Positions 50,006 to 58,574 of a stretch of 64,000 nt of DNA are shown in pieces. Position 1 is the first letter of the stretch. Every line of letters starts with the position of its first letter. The translations under genes were made by a program, and so were the position numbers. A model generated the notes under the pieces. The model saw nothing but the letters and a program-made list of their open reading frames with translations. It made no database searches and was not told the origin of the DNA. The stretch comes from Acidimicrobiia bacterium (GTDB lineage: Bacteria > Actinomycetota > Acidimicrobiia > Spongiisociales > ZC4RG35), in NCBI GenBank assembly GCA_036556665.1, contig DATBIX010000029.1, positions 6,429-70,428 on the forward strand, given 5' to 3'.

Positions 50006-50332
50006 CTAGCTCTTTCCCGGCTCGATTCCGAATGCGGCGCTCAACTCAGGCACGGCGCTGCCGAGGCGGGCGGCTCCCACCAGTGGCGAGATGACGACAA
50101 CGGCCTCCAGGATCTCTTCGTCGTCGAGACCGGCGGCGTGAGCCCGGTCTATGGCCACCTGATACGAAGCGCCCTCCGCCTCCAGGGCGACGAGCGCCGC
50201 GATCAGGACCAACGCCGACGTGCGGTGGTCGAGGCCGCAGGCGACTTCGTTGTGGGCCAGGTTGTCGAAGGCATTCTCGTCGCCGAGGGTCAGCCGTCGG
50301 AGCAACTCTTCGAGGTTTTCGGGGATCGCCAA
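50006..50332 (-). CDS. CMD/AhpD-like family protein (second paralog)
   Basis: LDHRTSALVLIAA...AHAAGLDDEEI. Confidence 0.75.
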   Translation of the reverse strand: MAIPENLEELLRRLTLGDENAFDNLAHNEVACGLDHRTSALVLIAALVALEAEGASYQVAIDRAHAAGLDDEEILEAVVVISPLVGAARLGSAVPELSAAFGIEPGKS

Positions 50333-50400
50333 TGATTCCTCGAGACGGTCGCCTGGAAGCTCTTTCGAGCGTCATCGTCCGCTACCCGTTCGAAAGATCC

Positions 50401-50442
50401 ATCGCCCTCCATGGGTGATTCGTATCATCCAAGGTGGGCGAT
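50401..50442. promoter_or_regulatory. tandem ATCRYCC-N5-GGRYGAW palindromes, copies 2 and 3
   Basis: ATCGCCC-TCCAT-GGGTGAT tcgt ATCATCC-AAGGT-GGGCGAT in the divergent CMD/SHOCT intergenic region. Confidence 0.65.
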
Positions 50443-50499
50443 GCACAACGCCCCCTAGCTTCGTTGTATTGACAGCGACGACAACCGGAAAGGAGAGAA

Positions 50500-50883
50500 A
50501 TGCCACTGTTGGATCTGTTCTGGGCCATGCTCTGGTTCTTCATGTTCTTCGTCTGGATCTGGCTGTTGATCAGCCTGTTCGGAGACATCTTCAGGAGCGA
50601 GGACCTGTCAGGCTGGGGCAAGGCCGGATGGACGATCTTCATCATCCTCCTGCCCTTCCTCGGAGTGCTGGTCTATCTGATTGCGAGAGGCAAGTCGATG
50701 CAGGAGCGGGCCCTGAAACAGGCCGCGGAACAAGAGAAGATGACTCGCCAGTACATCCAGGAGGTGTCGGGCGCGTCCGGCGCCTCGGCAGCCGACGAGA
50801 TCGCCAAACTCGCCGCATTGCGGGATCAGGGCGTTCTGACCAACGAGGAGTTCAACGCCCAGAAGGCTGCCCTCCTCGGCTGA
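50500..50883 (+). CDS. PLDc_N + SHOCT domain membrane protein
   Basis: DIFRSEDLSGWGKAGW...LPFLGVLVYLIARG; ADEIAKLAALRDQGVLTNEEF. Confidence 0.9.
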   Translation: MPLLDLFWAMLWFFMFFVWIWLLISLFGDIFRSEDLSGWGKAGWTIFIILLPFLGVLVYLIARGKSMQERALKQAAEQEKMTRQYIQEVSGASGASAADEIAKLAALRDQGVLTNEEFNAQKAALLG

Positions 50884-50940
50884 GTCATGGAAAGTGGCAG
50901 TTTCCTGGCTGACAGCCGGAACTGTCTCCTGCGGTACGGG

Positions 50941-50970
50941 GCAGTAGAGGTGCCGGGGCACCTCTACTGC
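50941..50970 (+). terminator. perfect stem-loop after SHOCT gene
   Basis: GCAGTAGAGGTGCC-GG-GGCACCTCTACTGC. Confidence 0.6.
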
Positions 50971-50993
50971 CTCGTCTTCGGATAGGTTCCCCG

Positions 50994-51461
50994 TTGGCGA
51001 GATCACAGCAATCCCGTTGGCGTTTCGCGACCAACAACTGGCGGGTGGCTCTGGTTCGCTTCATGGTGAGCGGGCTGCTCGTGGTCTTGGTCATCGCCCT
51101 ACTCCCTTCGATCGACAGCGAGTTGGAGACGCCGATCGCCTCGGTTCTCACGCTCGCGGTGGTGTACGCACTCCTCGATGCCTTCGTTCGACCCTTTCTC
51201 AACGTCCTGCTGATGCCGTTCGTGGTCCAGTCCTATGGCCTGGCCCTCGTGGCGGTCGACATCCTGATCTTCGCCCTACTCCTTCGCTTCTCCCGAGGGT
51301 TTCTCGAGCTCTTGGGCAGCACCATCGTGGTCGACAGCCTCTGGCCGATCCTGATCGGCGGGCTTGTACTTGGCCTGCTCAAACTCGGTGCGGAGGCGGT
51401 GCTCGGACTCACCCCACCGGTCGAGGTGGAAGCAGGACCCGATCGGGCGTCGGCGAGATGA
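50994..51461 (+). CDS. 4-TM holin-like (superfamily IV / DUF360) membrane protein
   Basis: ALLDAFVRPFLNVLLMPF...GLALVAVD; start uncertain. Confidence 0.7.
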   Translation: MARSQQSRWRFATNNWRVALVRFMVSGLLVVLVIALLPSIDSELETPIASVLTLAVVYALLDAFVRPFLNVLLMPFVVQSYGLALVAVDILIFALLLRFSRGFLELLGSTIVVDSLWPILIGGLVLGLLKLGAEAVLGLTPPVEVEAGPDRASAR

Positions 51462-53206
51462 GACTCGGATCCGGAGCCGAGGAACGTCTTCGCCTGTTAC
51501 GCGTCTACGACACGCTCTGGGCATACGGGATCGATGCCGTCTTCGATCGCGAGGGGCTGATCGCCCGAACCCGGTGGCGCATGCAGAACTGGCTGTGGCG
51601 GCCCGACGTGACGCCCTCGCACGTTCCGGCCCCGGTCAGGTTCCGTTTGCTGCTCCAGGAGCTAGGTCCCACCTATGTGAAGATCGGCCAGATCGTCTCC
51701 AGCCAGGGGCGGGCCTTGCCCGCCGATTGGGCTCTCGAGCTGGAGAGGCTGCAGAGCGATGTGAAGCCATTCCCCTATGAGGAGGTGGAGGAGCGGATCA
51801 TCACCGACCTCGGCGCGCCCCCCCAAGAGCTCTACGCAACTTTTGAAAAGGAGCCCTTGGCGGCAGCCTCGCTGGCTCAGGTCCACCGCGCCAGCACCCG
51901 TGATGGCCGCCAGGTGGTGGTCAAGGTGCAGCGTCCCGGCATCCACGGTCAGCTTCGCTCCGACGTCCGCATCCTGGTTCGCATGGCACATGCCCTGGAG
52001 CGACGGACGCGGTGGGCGCAAGACGTCGACCTGTCGGGGGTTCTCCTCGAATTCGGCACCACCCTCCTGCGAGAGCTCGACTACTCGATCGAGGCATACA
52101 ACGCCCGGCGTCTCAACCGAGTGTTGGAGCCGATCGAAGGTCTCCACGTGCCCGAAGCGATCCCGGAGCTCTCATCATCCCAGGTCTTGACTCTCGAGTT
52201 CATCGACGGGGTCAAGCCGACGCGAAGTGCCGAGATCGATGCTGCCGGGATCGATCGCGCGGTTCTGGCGGATCGCATGATCCGGGGCGCGGTCAAGATG
52301 ATGATCATCGATGGGTTCTTCCACGGGGACCCGCATCCCGGCAACGTCCTCGTCGAGTTGGGCACGGGCCGATTGACCATGCTCGACACCGGGATGGTCG
52401 GCGAACTGACCGTACATGATCGGATCAAGCTCGGCAGCTTGATGCTGGTGATTCGAAATCGAGACGTGACCGGCCTGGCCCAGACCCTCAAGTCGCTCTC
52501 CACACCGTTTCGCGAGACCGACGACACCAGGTTCTACAAGGACTTCGAGCGGAAGCTCACCCCTTTCCTCGACCCACCACCAGGCCGGACGATCGAGGTG
52601 GTCTCAAAGGTGATCCCGAAATCGATGGATCTCCTTCGTGACCACGGATACCGGCTCGACCCCCAGTTGACGCTGGCGATCAAGTCGCTGACCCAGGCGG
52701 AGGCCATAACCACGGCCCTGGTGCCGGAATGGTCTGGGAGCGAGTTCATGCAGCGGGCGCTCGACGCATCCTTCGACCTTCTCCCCGAGGTGGTCACTCC
52801 GGAGGCAGTCAAGGACGTGGTGGTGAAGCAGGCCAGCTACGTGGTCAGGGAGGCGGCACAACAGCTGCCCTCCTTCCAGGAGGGTGCCTTCAAGTGGCTC
52901 GAGCACCTGAGACGAGGCGGTCTCAAAGTCGAATTGGACACCACCGGGCTCGATCGGCAGGTCAAGCAGCTGAGCGGCATCTCGAAGCTGCTCGCTCTGG
53001 CGATCCTCATCACCGGTCTGGTGATCGGGTCGGCCATCGCCGCCGGGGTTGCCGGCATCGAGGAGAGCCCGCTCTCCCCGGTGCGCGATTTCAGCCTCCT
53101 CATCTTCGCCGGGTCATCATTGATAGGCGCGGTCGCAGTCATCTATCTGGCCTGGCGCTTGGTGCGTGGCGAGCGAAAACCGAGGGAGCCGATCGACCGG
53201 CTGTGA
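51458..53206 (+). CDS. AarF/UbiB/ABC1 atypical kinase
   Basis: LGPTYVKIGQ, AAASLAQVH, VKVQRP, ELDY, FHGDPHPGN, LDTGMVG; C-terminal TMs. Confidence 0.92.
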   Translation: MRLGSGAEERLRLLRVYDTLWAYGIDAVFDREGLIARTRWRMQNWLWRPDVTPSHVPAPVRFRLLLQELGPTYVKIGQIVSSQGRALPADWALELERLQSDVKPFPYEEVEERIITDLGAPPQELYATFEKEPLAAASLAQVHRASTRDGRQVVVKVQRPGIHGQLRSDVRILVRMAHALERRTRWAQDVDLSGVLLEFGTTLLRELDYSIEAYNARRLNRVLEPIEGLHVPEAIPELSSSQVLTLEFIDGVKPTRSAEIDAAGIDRAVLADRMIRGAVKMMIIDGFFHGDPHPGNVLVELGTGRLTMLDTGMVGELTVHDRIKLGSLMLVIRNRDVTGLAQTLKSLSTPFRETDDTRFYKDFERKLTPFLDPPPGRTIEVVSKVIPKSMDLLRDHGYRLDPQLTLAIKSLTQAEAITTALVPEWSGSEFMQRALDASFDLLPEVVTPEAVKDVVVKQASYVVREAAQQLPSFQEGAFKWLEHLRRGGLKVELDTTGLDRQVKQLSGISKLLALAILITGLVIGSAIAAGVAGIEESPLSPVRDFSLLIFAGSSLIGAVAVIYLAWRLVRGERKPREPIDRL

Positions 53207-53252
53207 CCCGAACGGGCTCGTCGGACGGGCAGAGACGGCGCGTGTAGCCTCG

Positions 53253-53271
53253 ATCACCCGATGTGGGCGAT
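53253..53271. promoter_or_regulatory. ATCRYCC-N5-GGRYGAW palindrome, copy 4
   Basis: ATCACCC-GATGT-GGGCGAT upstream of DUF7144-like gene. Confidence 0.6.
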
Positions 53272-53346
53272 GACGAGGAGCTACGTGAGAGTTCGACTGT
53301 GGGAGACGGGGGCGAAGACGGTCGGGGGCACGTTCAAGGAGGCATT

Positions 53347-53748
53347 GTGACGAATCGAGAGACGAGCGGCTGGGCGATCGGATGGATCACCTTCGCCGCG
53401 GTGATGATGATCATGATCGGTTTCTTCCATGGGATCGCAGGTCTGGTCGGCGTGCTCGAGGACGACCTCTACGTGCTCACCAACGAGTACTTGTTCGAGC
53501 TCGATGTCACGACCTGGGGTTGGATACACCTGGTGATGGGTGTGCTGGCGATCGTTGCCGGGTTCTACCTCTTCACCGGGGCGGTGTGGGCCCGCACCAT
53601 CGGCGTGATCCTCGCCGTCGTGAGCGCCCTGGCCAACTTCGCCTGGCTCCCCTGGTACCCGGTCTGGTCGATCATCATGATCACGGCCAGCGTCTTCGTG
53701 ATCTGGGCGCTCACGGCTCACGGCCGCGACGTCGTTCAGCGCGTCTGA
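53347..53748 (+). CDS. DUF7144-like four-TM membrane protein
   Basis: GWITFAAVMMI, TTWGWIHL, WARTIGV, FAWLPWYPVWS. Confidence 0.8.
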   Translation: MTNRETSGWAIGWITFAAVMMIMIGFFHGIAGLVGVLEDDLYVLTNEYLFELDVTTWGWIHLVMGVLAIVAGFYLFTGAVWARTIGVILAVVSALANFAWLPWYPVWSIIMITASVFVIWALTAHGRDVVQRV

Positions 53749-53779
53749 GGAGGATGAGCCTGACGGCGGGAGCCGGGGA

Positions 53780-54235
53780 TTGACCGGCAACCTGGTCGAC
53801 GGTCTCTCGTTGCAGCTCACCGGGCTGCTCCCGGCGGACGGTTCTCATGTCCGCCGGGAGCTGTTCGACGAGATCGAGAGACGACTCCCCAGGGACCCGG
53901 AGGCAAGGGTCAACGTGCAGCTCTCCGAGCTCAACCCGGGCCGAACCGCGTCGTGGCACGTTCACAACGGGATCGTCTACTTCGTGATCGTGCGCGGGCT
54001 GATCACCCTGCACTACGAGGGCAGGTCGGAGCACTACTCGGCCGGCGACGTCTACACCGAGCCGATCGGCGTGGTGCACCGGGCGCTCAACCCCCATCCT
54101 GATATCCCGGCATCACTGATCGGGTTCTGGGTGACCGCAGCAGACCGGCCCCACGTGACCGAGGTGAGCCCTCCTCCCTGGGAGCCGGAGAAGACCAACC
54201 ACCCCTCCCTCGAGCGGGAGTCGTCCACGGGCTGA
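53780..54235 (+). CDS. cupin domain protein
   Basis: SWHVHNG, YSAGDVYTEPIGVVH. Confidence 0.75.
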   Translation: MTGNLVDGLSLQLTGLLPADGSHVRRELFDEIERRLPRDPEARVNVQLSELNPGRTASWHVHNGIVYFVIVRGLITLHYEGRSEHYSAGDVYTEPIGVVHRALNPHPDIPASLIGFWVTAADRPHVTEVSPPPWEPEKTNHPSLERESSTG

Positions 54236-54257
54236 TCGGCCACGGTCATCGCGAACA

Positions 54258-54271
54258 GGGCCGTTCGCCCC
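54258..54271 (+). promoter_or_regulatory. possible DosR/DevR-like box upstream of sugar isomerase-like gene
   Basis: GGGCC-GTTC-GCCCC; GAGAAT (54296-54301) 24 nt downstream; overlaps a GCGAAC/GTTCGC hairpin, so ambiguous. Confidence 0.3.
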
Positions 54272-54311
54272 TGGATCGTTGTGGGACTTGGATCCGAGAA
54301 TCGGCATCATC

Positions 54312-55532
54312 ATGGCCCGTTTCACCTACCAGACCGTCACCTCGGGGCTCCAGAAAAGGCCGGAATCGGCTTCGTGGCAACGTCTGGCTGTCACACTCGC
54401 CGGCTGCGGTGGCGTTCCGGCCAACGGCCCAATAGCCCACGACCTCGACGTGTACGCCGTTCTGACCGGAGGCACCGAGAGGAAGCTGGCCGATCTGTGG
54501 CTGAGCCGCCCCGACCGAAACGCCCCGGTCCTGTTGGTCGCCCACCCCGAGGACAACTCATTGCCCGCGGCCCTGGAGGCGCTGGCCTGGTGGCAGCAAC
54601 AGGGAAACAGGGGCCAGATCGTGTTCATGGCCGGCGACGAGGACCAAGCCTCACTCGAGTCCGCCCTCGAGGACCTCGAGGCATGGCACACGCTGCGCCG
54701 CAGTCGAATCGGGGTAGCCGGTGTGTCGGATTGGCTGATCGCCTCATCACCGGACCCCTCCGATGTCCGCCGGGTGTGGGGCCCGGAGGTGGTGACCCTC
54801 GACCTCGCCCCGGCGATCAGGTCGTACGCCATGGTCGGGGCTGACGGGGGTCTCGCACTGAGCGAGAGCGTCGAGCGCGGTGCTCTGGAGACTGTCGAAC
54901 CGACCTCGATGGGGATCCGCCATGCCGCCGACGTGCTCCCCTCCCTGGTGGGGATGATGGAAGGACAGCACCTCGATGCCGTGACCGTGCGTTGCTTCGA
55001 CCTGCTGGAGGCGCTGGGGACATCCGGCTGCCTGGCATTGGCCGAGCTCAACGACCGGGGAGTCGTCGCCGGCTGCGAGGGAGACGTGCCAAGCACGCTG
55101 GGAATGCTGTGGGCACGAGCCCTGATCGGCACAACCTCGTGGATGGCGAACCCGGCTCGGGTCGACACGGCGACGAACAGCCTCCTGGTGGCGCACTGCA
55201 CCATTGCCCGTTCGATGGTGAGCTCCTACACCTTGCGGTCACACTTCGAGTCGGGGATCGGCGTGGCCATCGCGGGTCGGATGCCTGCAGGCGATTACAC
55301 GATGCTTCGAATCGGGGGCCGTCGTCTCGAGAGCTTGTGGCTGGCCGAGGGAGTGGCCACCGATCGGTCGGCCGAGGAAGGGCTCTGCCGCACCCAGCTC
55401 GAGCTACTGCTCGACAGGGGCTCCGTCGACGAGCTGCTGATGAGACCACTCGGAAACCACGTTGTGGTACTTCGCGGCCGGCAGGCCGACCGCCTGCACA
55501 AGTGGTGGCAGACCTTTGTGGCTGCACCATGA
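54312..55532 (+). CDS. L-fucose/L-arabinose isomerase-like protein
   Basis: TVRCFDLL, AGCEGD, WMANP, AHCT, LGNH. Confidence 0.7.
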   Translation: MARFTYQTVTSGLQKRPESASWQRLAVTLAGCGGVPANGPIAHDLDVYAVLTGGTERKLADLWLSRPDRNAPVLLVAHPEDNSLPAALEALAWWQQQGNRGQIVFMAGDEDQASLESALEDLEAWHTLRRSRIGVAGVSDWLIASSPDPSDVRRVWGPEVVTLDLAPAIRSYAMVGADGGLALSESVERGALETVEPTSMGIRHAADVLPSLVGMMEGQHLDAVTVRCFDLLEALGTSGCLALAELNDRGVVAGCEGDVPSTLGMLWARALIGTTSWMANPARVDTATNSLLVAHCTIARSMVSSYTLRSHFESGIGVAIAGRMPAGDYTMLRIGGRRLESLWLAEGVATDRSAEEGLCRTQLELLLDRGSVDELLMRPLGNHVVVLRGRQADRLHKWWQTFVAAP

Positions 55533-55544
55533 CCCAGGTCGGCC

Positions 55545-55994
55545 TCAGCCGGCCTCGATGAGGCGGACCAGTGGAATCACACGAACCGTGCTCGCCTGAT
55601 AATCGGCGAACTGCGGCGCTCTGGGGACGACCACCGACTCCCAGAGCCGGTCCCGCTCGGCACCGTCGATGGTGACCGCGGTGGCGGGGTAGAACCGGGC
55701 ATCCCGTCTCACCCACACCCTCCGGTCGGCGACGAGATTGAGGTACCAGTCGGGGTGGTGGGGTGAGCCGCGGTACGAGGCAGCCACCAATAGGTCATCG
55801 CCGACCTCGAAGAACCTGACCGGAGTCCTTCGGATCTCGCCGGAAGAGCGGCCTTTCGTGTAGAGCAAGATGAGATTGCCTGCCGCCGGATGGTCTACCT
55901 GCGCGCCGTCACTCGCCAGATACTGGCGGGCATGCTCGGCGGCGTGGGCGGCGGCGCTGTCCGTTGCCCGGCCTTCGATGCTCGATTCGGTCAT
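55545..55994 (-). CDS. F420H2-dependent nitroreductase/quinone reductase (DDN family)
   Basis: LYTKGRSSG, VAASYRG, PDWYLNL, YQAST.RVIPLV. Confidence 0.85.
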   Translation of the reverse strand: MTESSIEGRATDSAAAHAAEHARQYLASDGAQVDHPAAGNLILLYTKGRSSGEIRRTPVRFFEVGDDLLVAASYRGSPHHPDWYLNLVADRRVWVRRDARFYPATAVTIDGAERDRLWESVVVPRAPQFADYQASTVRVIPLVRLIEAG

Positions 55995-56017
55995 CGAGCC
56001 AACCTACCTGGGCGATC

Positions 56018-56767
56018 TCAGGCCCGTCCCTGCGCCCTGGGGTCGAACCGGTAGGGAAGCTCGAGCCGGTGCCGCCGCATCAGCTCGTCATCGGTGAGGA
56101 TGTCAGCGGTCTGATCAGCGGCCACGATCCGGCCCTGATCCATGACCAGGGCACGCGGGCACAACTCCAAGGCGAAGGGAAGGTCATGGGTGGCCACCAG
56201 TTGGGTCACGGGCAGCTCGCGCAGCACTTCGATCAGCTCACGCCGGGAGGCGGGGTCCAGGTTCGAAGTCGGCTCGTCGAGGACCAATATCTCCGGCTTG
56301 ATCGCCAGGGCGGTTGCGATGGCTACCCGTCTTCGCTCCCCGTAGCTGAGATGGTGCGGTGCGCGATCGGCAGAGTCGGCCATGGAGACTGCTCCCAGTG
56401 CCTCGGTGACACGCACGTCAAGATCCTCGCCCTCCACACCGAAGTTGGCCGGCCCAAAGGCGACGTCCTGGCCCACGGTCGGCATGAACAGTTGGTCGTC
56501 GGGGTCCTGAAACACCAGGCCGACCCTCCGCCTCACCTCCATTGACGTGTCTGAGCCGACCTCGAGCCCCGAGACCCGCACCCGGCCCGAGGCCGCGGTC
56601 AGGATGCCGTTGAGATGGAGCAGCAGGGTGGTCTTCCCCGCCCCGTTGGGCCCGAGTAGGGCGACCCGTTCCCCGTGGTGGACATGGAGGTCGACACCGC
56701 TCAGCGCCTCGTGCCCGTCCGGGTAGGAAAAGCAGAGGTCGACGACCTCGAGCGAAGGCTCGCTCAC
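56018..56767 (-). CDS. cbiO: ECF Ni/Co transporter ATPase
   Basis: GPNGAGKT, FQDPDDQLF, LSYGERRR, LDEPT; GTG 56767. Confidence 0.9.
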   Translation of the reverse strand: MSEPSLEVVDLCFSYPDGHEALSGVDLHVHHGERVALLGPNGAGKTTLLLHLNGILTAASGRVRVSGLEVGSDTSMEVRRRVGLVFQDPDDQLFMPTVGQDVAFGPANFGVEGEDLDVRVTEALGAVSMADSADRAPHHLSYGERRRVAIATALAIKPEILVLDEPTSNLDPASRRELIEVLRELPVTQLVATHDLPFALELCPRALVMDQGRIVAADQTADILTDDELMRRHRLELPYRFDPRAQGRA

Positions 56768-57534
56768 GACAGCACCGTCAGTGAGAGAAACGCCAGCACC
56801 AGGGCTGCAGCCGGCACGGACAGCCCCACCACCCACTCGCGGGCGGTAGCGGGCCGATCGCCGAAGGACGGCATCCGCCCCGAGAACCCGCGCGCCACCA
56901 TCGCCTGATGGACCCGCTCCCCTCGTTCGTAGGACCGGATGAACAGCGCCCCGGCCGACTGAGCCATGGGACCGGTCTGCCACCACCACCTCGGCTGGTA
57001 TCCGCGCGCCGACATCGCCACCTTCCGTCTGGAGAACTCCCCGGCGACGATGTCCAGATAGCGCACCATGAACCCGGCGATGGCCGTGATCACCCTCGGC
57101 ACACGAATATGGTCCATTGCCCGGATGATGTCGGGGATCGTCGTCGTCGAGGCGAGGGCTATCGACGCCCCCAGACCCAGAGTGGCCTTGGCGATGATGG
57201 TCCAGGCTCCCCACAGGCCTTCGACCGACAAGGTCAGGCCCAGGACCTCGGTCGTCTCACCCTGGCCGAAGAAGGGCAAGAGAAGGGCGAACACCAGGAT
57301 CGGGATTTCCACGACCAGCCGACGGAGGACCAAGCCGGCGGGCAACTCGGCCAGGATCATCACCCCGGCGAGGAGACAGCCGGCGAGGGCGTAGGCCCAG
57401 AAGGCCTGGGAAGGGATGAAGAGCACCGCCACCACGAACACGAGGAGACCGACCAGTTTGACGTGGGCGGGAAGCCGGTGGACCGGGGTGTGACCATGCA
57501 GGTAGAGGACATGGGCGTGGTGTGTCCCGCTCAG
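56764..57534 (-). CDS. cbiQ: ECF Ni/Co transporter T component (probable CTG start)
   Basis: YLHGHTPVHRLPAHVK, MSARG, RSYERGERVHQAMVARG. Confidence 0.88.
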   Translation of the reverse strand: MSGTHHAHVLYLHGHTPVHRLPAHVKLVGLLVFVVAVLFIPSQAFWAYALAGCLLAGVMILAELPAGLVLRRLVVEIPILVFALLLPFFGQGETTEVLGLTLSVEGLWGAWTIIAKATLGLGASIALASTTTIPDIIRAMDHIRVPRVITAIAGFMVRYLDIVAGEFSRRKVAMSARGYQPRWWWQTGPMAQSAGALFIRSYERGERVHQAMVARGFSGRMPSFGDRPATAREWVVGLSVPAAALVLAFLSLTVLS

Positions 57535-58520
57535 ATCTTCGACGCGCTCCTCTTTCTCAGCACCACGAATGTGGCGACGATGGCAACACCGACTCCGAAC
57601 GTGATGAGGACACCGACCAGACCCGCCACCCTGGTACCTGCTGTCTCGTCCTCGACGCCTGAGACTCCGTAGTCGGCCAGGGGCGAGCCGGAAAGGGGGT
57701 GGTCCTCGGCCTCTTCGATGAAGCCCTGGTCGATCGCCACCCGCTCCAAACCGTCGGGTTGGCTCGACGCCAGAGGGGCCGCCACCAGGACCAGGATCGC
57801 AGCTACCGCCAGCCCGGCGGCCACGAAGCCCCATATCCCGGATCGTACGGTCGTCCTGTCGGCGCCCCGGATGTCGAAGCCCTCCAGCCCTGCGATCAAC
57901 TCAGGTCGCGCTGCACCTACCGCTCCCACCGCGGCCGCAGAAATGAGACCTTCCCCGAGTCCGATCAGGAAATGGACCCCGACCATGGCGGTGAACACGG
58001 TGGCCACCTCGACATTGCCCCGCCCCCCGATGGCGTACTCGATGACGAAAGCGATCGACGAGGCAACCACAGAGGCCAGGGCAGCCGAGAAAGTGGAGAC
58101 GAGAACCGAGGTCCAGGTCTTGGGCAGGAACCTCATCAGCGACCTGAACACGATCCAGCCCACCGTCCCGGTGACCAGAGCCATGTTGAGGATGTTGGCC
58201 CCGAGGGCGGAGACCCCGCCGTCGGCCATGATCAGGGCCTGGACGAGGACCACCACGCTCACCGCGGTGATACCGAGCCAGGGCCCGACCAGGATCACGG
58301 CGAGCGCCCCACCGAGGAGGTGGCCCGAGGTCCCCGCGGCGACCGGGAAGTTGAGCATTTGGAGGGCGAACACGAACGCCGCCACCAGACCGGTCATGGC
58401 GATCGCCTTGTCCTGGAGGTAGGCGCCGGCCCGTCTGATCGAGTAACCGAGGCCAGTGGCAGCCACCACCGCGGTTCCCGCCGAGGTGGCACCGTTGAGG
58501 AATCCGTCCGGGATGTGCAT
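57531..58520 (-). CDS. nikMN: ECF Ni/Co substrate component NikM/CbiM fused to PDGLE (NikN) domain
   Basis: MHIPDG N-terminus, GTSGHLLGG, QPDGLERVA. Confidence 0.9.
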   Translation of the reverse strand: MHIPDGFLNGATSAGTAVVAATGLGYSIRRAGAYLQDKAIAMTGLVAAFVFALQMLNFPVAAGTSGHLLGGALAVILVGPWLGITAVSVVVLVQALIMADGGVSALGANILNMALVTGTVGWIVFRSLMRFLPKTWTSVLVSTFSAALASVVASSIAFVIEYAIGGRGNVEVATVFTAMVGVHFLIGLGEGLISAAAVGAVGAARPELIAGLEGFDIRGADRTTVRSGIWGFVAAGLAVAAILVLVAAPLASSQPDGLERVAIDQGFIEEAEDHPLSGSPLADYGVSGVEDETAGTRVAGLVGVLITFGVGVAIVATFVVLRKRSASKI

Positions 58521-58530
58521 CTCGCCTCTC

Positions 58531-58547
58531 TTGCGAACCAGTCGCAA
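58531..58547. promoter_or_regulatory. Nur-box-like palindrome upstream of nikM
   Basis: TTGCGA-ACCAG-TCGCAA, 11-27 nt before the ATG. Confidence 0.6.
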
Positions 58548-58574
58548 CAAGCCTAGCAAGGCGACAGGATGCGC

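Noticed and set aside
50994-51461. Prophage signal from the holin-like gene
   Set aside because: No integrase, capsid, terminase or endolysin nearby; this family is common in chromosomes
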